Positions 57,728 through 64,000 of a DNA stretch of 64,000 bases are shown piece after piece. Position 1 is the stretch's first letter. The number at the start of each line of letters is the position of its first letter. Under the pieces are notes generated by a model. It was not told the origin of the DNA and made no database searches. It saw only the letters and a program-made list of their open reading frames with translations. Position numbers and translations under genes: made by a program. This stretch comes from Thalassobaculaceae bacterium (GTDB lineage Bacteria > Pseudomonadota > Alphaproteobacteria > Thalassobaculales > Thalassobaculaceae): NCBI GenBank assembly GCA_965228875.1, contig OZ245843.1, forward strand, positions 2,152,616-2,216,615. The letters are read 5' to 3'.

Positions 57728-60213
57728 TGCTGCGGTCCCTGTTGAACGGCGCGGCGCGGCGGGAACGCGAGATCGAAGGTCTCGGTGCCCGGTTCCACCG
57801 CGAGATTGACGTTGTAGTACGGGTCCCGCTCGAGCGCATCGCCCCACCGGCGGGCGAACGCCGCCTGCTCCCGCTCGAACCGCGCGCGCTTGTCAGCCGA
57901 CAGATGCGTCCCGCGCGACGCGGACTCATGATGCAGCAGCCTGGCGAACGGAGTCCAAAGCGTGCGGTACCCGGCACGCGCCGCCCGCAGGCAGAGATCC
58001 GTATCGGCGAAGTCGATGGCGAAAGCCTCGGTGTCGAAACCGCCGACCTCGTCGAACACCCGACGCCGCACCGCCAGGCAGGCGCCGGTCACCGCCGACA
58101 GCGTCTGCACCACCCGGGCGCGGGACAGGTAGCTGGGGCTGCGGTCCGACCGGCCGACGTCCAGGTGACGGCTGCCGTGCCGGCCCGCGAGAATCACGCC
58201 GCCATGCTGCACCGCCATGGTCGGGTACAGGAGCTTCGCCCCGACGGGACCGACATCCGGTCGCACGGCCTGGGACACCATCTCGCGCAGCCAGTCCGCA
58301 TGGATCACTTCCACGTCGTCGTTCAGGAACAGCAGGACCTCGCGCCCCGCCACCGCGGCCCCGGCATTCATCAGGGCAGAGAAATTGAACGGTCCCGGAC
58401 GATCCAGCACGACGACCCGCGGATCCTCAGCAACCTTCGCCAGCACCGCGCGGGTCTCGGCCTCGACACTGCCGTTGTCGAGAACTGTAAGCGAAAGGTC
58501 AGGGTAGTCGGTGCGGTCGAGCAGCCCGGCGACGCACCTCTCGAGCAGATCCGGCTGATCGCGCGTGGCGACCACGACGCCCACGCCCGGCGCCGGCTCG
58601 GGCAGGCTCCAGACAACGCGGTGGCCGTATGTGTCCTCCAGCACCCTCGCGGGGTGCCCCCGTCGGGCCAGATGGTCGCGGACCGCCTTGTGCGTCGCAG
58701 CGACCGCGTAGGGCTTGGCCGCGATCGACACGCTGGTCGAGCCCGCGATCGCACGCCAGTGGTAGAGTACGCGCGGGATATGCCGGATCCGGGCCGGATC
58801 GCTCACCTCCGACACCCGAAGCACCAGATCGTGGTCCTGACTGCCCTCGACCCCAACCCGCAGGCCGCCGACCCGATCGACCAGCGCCCGGCGGTACACC
58901 GCCAGATGGGTGACCACGTTCTGGTACATCATCCGGTCCGGGTCCCAGTCCGGCTTGAAGAACGCATGGAAGCGCTGTCCGGCCGCGTCGATCTTGTCCT
59001 CGTCCGTGTACAGAATGTCGGCCTCGCCCTCCGCCAGCGTGAGGACCACATGGGCCAGCGCGTCCGGCGCAAGCTCGTCGTCATGGTCGAGGAACGTGAC
59101 ATAGTCGCCGGTGGCCACGGCAAGCGCGTCATTGCTCGCGCGCGAGATATGTCCGTTCTCCTTCCGCCGGACGAGGCAGATACGCGCATCCCGCCGGGCC
59201 GCGGCGTCAAGGGTGGCGACGACCTCCGGATCGCTCGACGCGTCGTCGCATATACAGAACTCCCAATGGCGGTAGCTCTGCCCCTCGACCGAGGCGATCG
59301 CCGACCGCAGGATGTCCGCCGGCGGGTTGTGCACCGGCATGATCACGCTGATCAGCGGTCCCTCGGACGGCACCTCCGCCTCGGGATCCAACCGGCATTC
59401 GTAAGCCGCCAGCCACTGCTCGTAGCGGGTTCGGCGGCCGGCGGCGACGGGCGACCCGATCAGACGGGCGAGGCGGACGGCGCGGTCGGGTATCTCGTCG
59501 CGCCCGTCGAAAGCGGTCAACAGGGTCGCCGCCGACGTCTCGTCGCCTTCCGCCCAGCGCGCCTCGGCGAGATCCACGCGCGCCACATCGTCCTGCGGGT
59601 CGATCGCCAGCAGCCGAGCAAACACTCTGGCCGACGGGGCGCCACGGGCGGCATCGCGCCAGAACTCCGGGTCCGCCGGGTCGAGGCAGAGGGCGCGGCG
59701 CAGCGCAGCCGCCGCCAGGTCGGCAACACCGTGGGCAGCGGCGGTTCGCGAAAGCCGGTTCCAGATGCGCGCGCCGTCCGGGGCCAGAACGGCGCCGCGT
59801 CGCATCCAGCGCAGGCCGGCCGCCCGCGGTCCGATCAGCGGCAGCACCAGCGCCAGATTGTAGACGGGGTCGGGACCTGCCGGGTTCAGAACGATCTGCC
59901 GACGGGTCGCCGCCGCGGCGCGGCGGATATCCCCCGCCTCGTAGGCGGCGGTCGCCAGCGCCTCGTGCCGATTCTCCTCGCCCGGGGCCAGGCTGGCGGC
60001 GCGGTCGAACGATGCGACCGCATCGACCAGTCGCCCCGCCCGCTTTTGCAGGACACCGAGGTTGGCCCACCCCAGCGCCACGTCGGGCCAGCGCGCGACG
60101 AGATCGTCGAACGCCGTCAGCGCCGCCTCGGGTTCGGGTGCCTGCGCCAGCGCGACCGCGCGGTTGAACGCGGTGACGAGATCGCCCGGTGGTGAGGATG
60201 GGGACTTCGGCAT
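57724..60213 (-). CDS. TPR-containing glycosyltransferase with two GT2 domains
   Basis: N-terminal TPRs; ISVIMPVHN, CDDAS and FLDHDD, then a second domain with FNFS, LNDD and VTGACL. Confidence 0.9.
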   Translation of the reverse strand: MPKSPSSPPGDLVTAFNRAVALAQAPEPEAALTAFDDLVARWPDVALGWANLGVLQKRAGRLVDAVASFDRAASLAPGEENRHEALATAAYEAGDIRRAAAATRRQIVLNPAGPDPVYNLALVLPLIGPRAAGLRWMRRGAVLAPDGARIWNRLSRTAAAHGVADLAAAALRRALCLDPADPEFWRDAARGAPSARVFARLLAIDPQDDVARVDLAEARWAEGDETSAATLLTAFDGRDEIPDRAVRLARLIGSPVAAGRRTRYEQWLAAYECRLDPEAEVPSEGPLISVIMPVHNPPADILRSAIASVEGQSYRHWEFCICDDASSDPEVVATLDAAARRDARICLVRRKENGHISRASNDALAVATGDYVTFLDHDDELAPDALAHVVLTLAEGEADILYTDEDKIDAAGQRFHAFFKPDWDPDRMMYQNVVTHLAVYRRALVDRVGGLRVGVEGSQDHDLVLRVSEVSDPARIRHIPRVLYHWRAIAGSTSVSIAAKPYAVAATHKAVRDHLARRGHPARVLEDTYGHRVVWSLPEPAPGVGVVVATRDQPDLLERCVAGLLDRTDYPDLSLTVLDNGSVEAETRAVLAKVAEDPRVVVLDRPGPFNFSALMNAGAAVAGREVLLFLNDDVEVIHADWLREMVSQAVRPDVGPVGAKLLYPTMAVQHGGVILAGRHGSRHLDVGRSDRSPSYLSRARVVQTLSAVTGACLAVRRRVFDEVGGFDTEAFAIDFADTDLCLRAARAGYRTLWTPFARLLHHESASRGTHLSADKRARFEREQAAFARRWGDALERDPYYNVNLAVEPGTETFDLAFPPRRAVQQGPQQ

Positions 60214-60294
60214 GTCGGTCCGGCCAGGAGACGGAAAGCGAGGGCCAGTACCACAACCGAGGTCGTTCCGGCCAGCGACGCGGCCCCGCCTGCG

Positions 60295-60309
60295 TTAACC
60301 AAATCTTCA
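60295..60309. promoter_or_regulatory. CtrA-like box (TTAA-N7-TTCA)
   Basis: One mismatch to TTAA-N7-TTAA, upstream of the PilZ gene. Confidence 0.4.
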
Positions 60310-60364
60310 GCCGGGGCTGGCAAAGAATGCACCCAATGGTTCAAAACACGCGTTAGGATATCCC

Positions 60365-60709
60365 ATGTGGTCCGCCATCAAATCCGCTTTCACCGGCGCA
60401 GATGACCGACGGGTCGCGCCCCGCGTCACGGCGGTCGGCAAGGTGACGATCGACAGGCGCGCTTATGCCCTCGAGAACTGGAGCACCTCCGGGATCCTGA
60501 TCTCCGGGCATGACGGTCGCCTCGCCAAGGGTCAGAAGTTCAAGCTCTCCGTGGAGGTGCAGGACGACCAGCGCCTGATCGGCTTCAACGCCGAGGCGGT
60601 CGTCGTGCGACTCGCCGGCGACAAGCTCGCCGCCCAGTTCTATCGGATCGACCGGCACAAGAAGCAGGCGATCCTGGAGTACTTCGCCCGCAAGACCGCT
60701 ACCCGCTGA
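60365..60709 (+). CDS. PilZ domain protein
   Basis: RRVAPR (RxxxR) and NWSTSG (D/NxSxxG) motifs. Confidence 0.8.
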   Translation: MWSAIKSAFTGADDRRVAPRVTAVGKVTIDRRAYALENWSTSGILISGHDGRLAKGQKFKLSVEVQDDQRLIGFNAEAVVVRLAGDKLAAQFYRIDRHKKQAILEYFARKTATR

Positions 60710-60812
60710 GGGGCAAGCCGCCACCGACGCCGCCACCGACATTGACCGCGGTGGCCGCCGACGCCAAACTCCGCCCGCTCTACCGAATGCGAGGATACGG
60801 GTCGGGGACGGC

Positions 60813-61544
60813 GTGAGCATCTGGGGAAAAATCATTGGTGGCGCCGCGGGCTTCGCGCTTGGCGGCCCGATCGGCGCGCTTCTCGGCGTGGTCGGCGGCC
60901 ATGCGATCGACCGCTATGCGGACGATCAGCCGATCGACGAGGAGGCAGCCACAAAGAAGATCGCCTTCACCATCGGCGTCATCGCGCTCGGGGCCAAGAT
61001 GGCCAAGGCCGACGGGGTGGTCACGCGCGACGAGATCTCCGCCTTCCGCGACGTGTTCCGCGTGCCGGCGGAGGAGGTGAAGAACGTCGGCCGGGTCTGG
61101 GACATGGCCCGACGCACCGCCGACGGATTCGAGGCCTATGCCCAGCAGATCGCGCGACTCTTCAACCCCGGCTCTCCGGTGCTCGAGGAACTGATCGGCA
61201 GCCTGTTCCACATAGCCAAGGCCGACGGGGTGCTGCACGAGAACGAGGTTGCCTATCTGAAGCGGGTCGCTGAGATCTTCGGATTCGACGAACTCGCCTT
61301 CGAGCGGATGCGCGCCACCTATGTCGGCGACAACGGCAACGACCCCTACTCCGTGCTCGGCGTCGACCCGACCGCCTCCGACGAGGAGGCGCGGACCGCC
61401 TATCGACGGCTGATCCGCGAGCATCACCCCGACCGGCTGATCGCCCAGGGTCTGCCGGACGAACTGGTGTCCGCCGCGACCGAACGCATGGCGGCGGTCA
61501 ATGCCGCCTGGGACCGGATCAAGAAGGCCCGTAACCTCCCCTGA
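60813..61544 (+). CDS. djlA: DjlA-like co-chaperone (TerB-like plus C-terminal J domain)
   Basis: IWGKIIG..GF.LGGPIGA, AKADG and HHPD motifs. Confidence 0.88.
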   Translation: MSIWGKIIGGAAGFALGGPIGALLGVVGGHAIDRYADDQPIDEEAATKKIAFTIGVIALGAKMAKADGVVTRDEISAFRDVFRVPAEEVKNVGRVWDMARRTADGFEAYAQQIARLFNPGSPVLEELIGSLFHIAKADGVLHENEVAYLKRVAEIFGFDELAFERMRATYVGDNGNDPYSVLGVDPTASDEEARTAYRRLIREHHPDRLIAQGLPDELVSAATERMAAVNAAWDRIKKARNLP

Positions 61545-61608
61545 ACGCCACCTGACCCTGAACACCACCTGACCCTGAACACCACCTGACCCTGAACACC
61601 ACCTGACC
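61539..61608. repeat. Tandem repeat, 4 x 17 bp (CCCTGAACACCACCTGA)
   Basis: Units at 61539, 61556, 61573 and 61590; the first has one mismatch and contains the djlA stop. Confidence 0.95.
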
Positions 61609-61623
61609 GGGAAAGCCAGATCC

Positions 61624-63480
61624 ATGGCGACTGCGACCGACCGTGCGGCCCCTCCGGCCGTCGCCCTGCGCAATGCCGGCCTCGGCTTCGGCGGCCGACC
61701 GCTCTTCTCCGGTATCGATCTGCCGGTGGCCAAGGGCGACCGGATCTGCCTGGTCGGCCGCAACGGCTCCGGCAAATCGACGCTGATGAAGGCACTCGCC
61801 GCCGAGATCGACGTCGACAGCGGCGACCGCTTCGTCAAGCCGGGCGCGCGGGTCGTCTACCTGCCCCAGGATCCGCGCCCGCCGCGTGACATGACCGTGT
61901 TCGAATATGTCGAGGGCGGTTTGCCGCCGGCCACCGACAACGCACCACGCGACCATCTGGTGGACGCCGCGATCTCCGGCCTGTCGCTCGACGGCGGGCG
62001 GACCATGGGCGGACTGTCCGGCGGCGAGGCCCGGCGCGGCGCGCTGGCCCGGGCCCTGGTCTCGGAACCCGACGTCCTCCTGCTGGACGAGCCGACCAAC
62101 CATCTCGACCTGCCAACCATCGAGTGGCTGGAGGACATGCTGGAGGGATTGGACGCCGGCCTGCTCATCATCAGCCACGACCGCGCCTTCCTGCGCCGCC
62201 TCGCCAAGCGCACGCTGTGGCTCGAGCGCGGCCAGCTTCACAGGCTGAACGACGGAATCGACGCCTTCCCCGATTGGGCCGAGAAGCTGGTCGCCGACGA
62301 GGAGGTCCAGGCACATAAGTTGAACCGACAGATCGCGGAGGAGACGCGCTGGCTGCGCGAGGGGCTGACAGCCCGGCGCAAGCGCAACATGGGCCGGGTG
62401 CGCGGGCTGCTCGACCTGCGCCGGGAGCGGGCCGAACGGATCAAGCGCCCCGAGGGCATGAAGCTCGACGCCGGCGAAGCGAGCCGCAGCGGCAGCCTTG
62501 TGATGGAGGCGATCGGGCTCTCCAAGAGCTTCACCGACGAGCGCGGCGTCGAAAAGACAGTCGCCGACCAGGTCTCCTTCACGGTGCGGCGCAAGGACCG
62601 GATCGGCATCATCGGCCCGAACGGTGCCGGCAAGACAACGTTGCTGCGCATGCTGCTCGGACAGGAGACACCGGACTCGGGCCGGGTGAAGACCGGGTTC
62701 GGGGTCGAAGCGATCTATTTCGATCAGAAACGCGAGCAGCTGAATCCGGCGGACACGCTGTGGTCCACGCTCTGCCCCGGCGGCGGCGACAGCGTCGAGG
62801 TGCACGGTAAGAAGAAACACGTGGTGTCCTACCTCCGGGACTTCCTATTCGCCGACCGCCAGGCGACGGCCAAGGTATCGACCCTGTCGGGCGGCGAGCG
62901 CAACCGGCTGCTGCTGGCGAAGCTGTTCGCCCAGAGCCACAACCTGATGATTCTCGACGAACCGACCAACGACCTGGACGTCGAGACCCTGGACCTGTTG
63001 CAGGAGGAGGTGTCGGATTACGATGGCACGGTCCTGCTGGTCAGCCACGACCGCGACTTCCTGGACCGCACGGTCACCTCGATCATCGCCGTCGAGGGCG
63101 AAGGCCGGATCCGCGAGTATGTCGGCGGCTATCAGGACTATCTCGCCGAACGAAGACGCACCGAACGCCCCGCCGAGCCGGTCGCCGCCAAGACCGCGAA
63201 GCCGAAACCGGCCGGCGAAAAGCCGCGCAGCCGGTCGACAAAGATGTCCTACAAGGACGGTCGCGAGCTGCAGCTTCTTCCCGGGCGGATTGCCGATCTC
63301 GAGGCCGAGATCTCGACGCTGGGCGACGCTCTGGCGGACGCCGACCTGTTCGCGCGCGATCCTAAAACCTTCGAGACCAAGAGCGCCCGCCTCGCCGCCG
63401 CCACCGAGGAACTCGCCGCCGCCGAGGACCGCTGGCTGGAACTGGAGGCGCTGAAGGAGGAACTGGAAGGGGCGGGGTAG
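61624..63480 (+). CDS. uup: ABC-F family ATPase Uup
   Basis: Two ABC domains (GRNGSGKST, GPNGAGKTT, LSGGE, LDEPTN), RRKRN linker and C-terminal coiled coil ending RWLELE. Confidence 0.92.
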   Translation: MATATDRAAPPAVALRNAGLGFGGRPLFSGIDLPVAKGDRICLVGRNGSGKSTLMKALAAEIDVDSGDRFVKPGARVVYLPQDPRPPRDMTVFEYVEGGLPPATDNAPRDHLVDAAISGLSLDGGRTMGGLSGGEARRGALARALVSEPDVLLLDEPTNHLDLPTIEWLEDMLEGLDAGLLIISHDRAFLRRLAKRTLWLERGQLHRLNDGIDAFPDWAEKLVADEEVQAHKLNRQIAEETRWLREGLTARRKRNMGRVRGLLDLRRERAERIKRPEGMKLDAGEASRSGSLVMEAIGLSKSFTDERGVEKTVADQVSFTVRRKDRIGIIGPNGAGKTTLLRMLLGQETPDSGRVKTGFGVEAIYFDQKREQLNPADTLWSTLCPGGGDSVEVHGKKKHVVSYLRDFLFADRQATAKVSTLSGGERNRLLLAKLFAQSHNLMILDEPTNDLDVETLDLLQEEVSDYDGTVLLVSHDRDFLDRTVTSIIAVEGEGRIREYVGGYQDYLAERRRTERPAEPVAAKTAKPKPAGEKPRSRSTKMSYKDGRELQLLPGRIADLEAEISTLGDALADADLFARDPKTFETKSARLAAATEELAAAEDRWLELEALKEELEGAG

Positions 63481-63500
63481 ACGCTAAGATCGCCGCGGCC

Positions 63501-63968
63501 TCAGTCTTCCTTGAACTCCCGGTGACAGGCCTTGCAGGTGTCCGTCAGGGCGGCGAAGGCGCGTTTCGCCTGACGCGTACCGAGACCGGCCGCCGCCGCC
63601 AGGGCCGATGCCCTAGCGCCCATTTCATCGGCCCCCGCCTGGAACTCGGCCCAGCGCCCCCAGATCTCCTCGCTGGCCTCGCTCGGGTCGTCGAGCGAGC
63701 CTTGCGGAAACAGGCGGGTGAGGTGTCCCCCAGCATAGGCTTCGATCCTTCCGGCTGCCGCCTCGACCACGGCCGGATCATAGGCAACCTCGCCCCTGAA
63801 CACGCGGCCCAGTCCCTTCATCTCACCGGCGAGCGTCTTCATCGACTCCATGCGCTTCTTGACCACGCCGGTCGCGCCATCATGGGCCAGCGCCGTCGGC
63901 GCACCGGCCGGATCCGCGGTCAGGGCGGCAGCCACAAGAACAGCCAAAGCGATCGGATGTCGGGACAT
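63501..63968 (-). CDS. Class II cytochrome c (c'/c556)
   Basis: Signal peptide, helical body and C-terminal CKACH. Confidence 0.9.
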   Translation of the reverse strand: MSRHPIALAVLVAAALTADPAGAPTALAHDGATGVVKKRMESMKTLAGEMKGLGRVFRGEVAYDPAVVEAAAGRIEAYAGGHLTRLFPQGSLDDPSEASEEIWGRWAEFQAGADEMGARASALAAAAGLGTRQAKRAFAALTDTCKACHREFKED

Positions 63969-64000
63969 CTGCGCCTCCTCGGTTTCGAGATAACGACAGT

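Noticed and set aside
61539..61608. Possible CRISPR array
   Set aside because: Units are contiguous 17-mers with no spacers, and there are no cas genes in the window.

Overview
High-GC chromosomal segment, inferred from gene content and style to be alphaproteobacterial and probably Rhodospirillales. I found no CRISPR array, integrase, transposase or phage gene. The housekeeping and metabolic backbone comprises the fabI end, aroC, sppA, tlyA, D-hydantoinase, N-carbamoylase, folD plus an fchA-like gene, several amidohydrolases, MFS/DMT transporters, an ilvE-like aminotransferase, ygfZ, soxBDAG, dehydrogenases, djlA, uup and a class II cytochrome c. It is interleaved with a glycan-modification set: five FkbM-family methyltransferases, two TIGR04372-type glycosyltransferases, a class I methyltransferase and a TPR-GT2. 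The clearest unusual feature is a tRNA-Leu(UAA) gene (42161-42471) split after U34 by a 224-nt Azoarcus-like (IC3) group I intron with an intact core. Other items worth checking are a dispersed ~113-bp double-hairpin repeat (one full and two half copies), a FolD with a Gln-to-Glu change coupled to an FchA-like cyclohydrolase, two intergenic tandem repeats, an uncharacterised two-gene helical-protein module and a 39-aa small membrane ORF. All calls were made by eye from motifs; no database searches were run.
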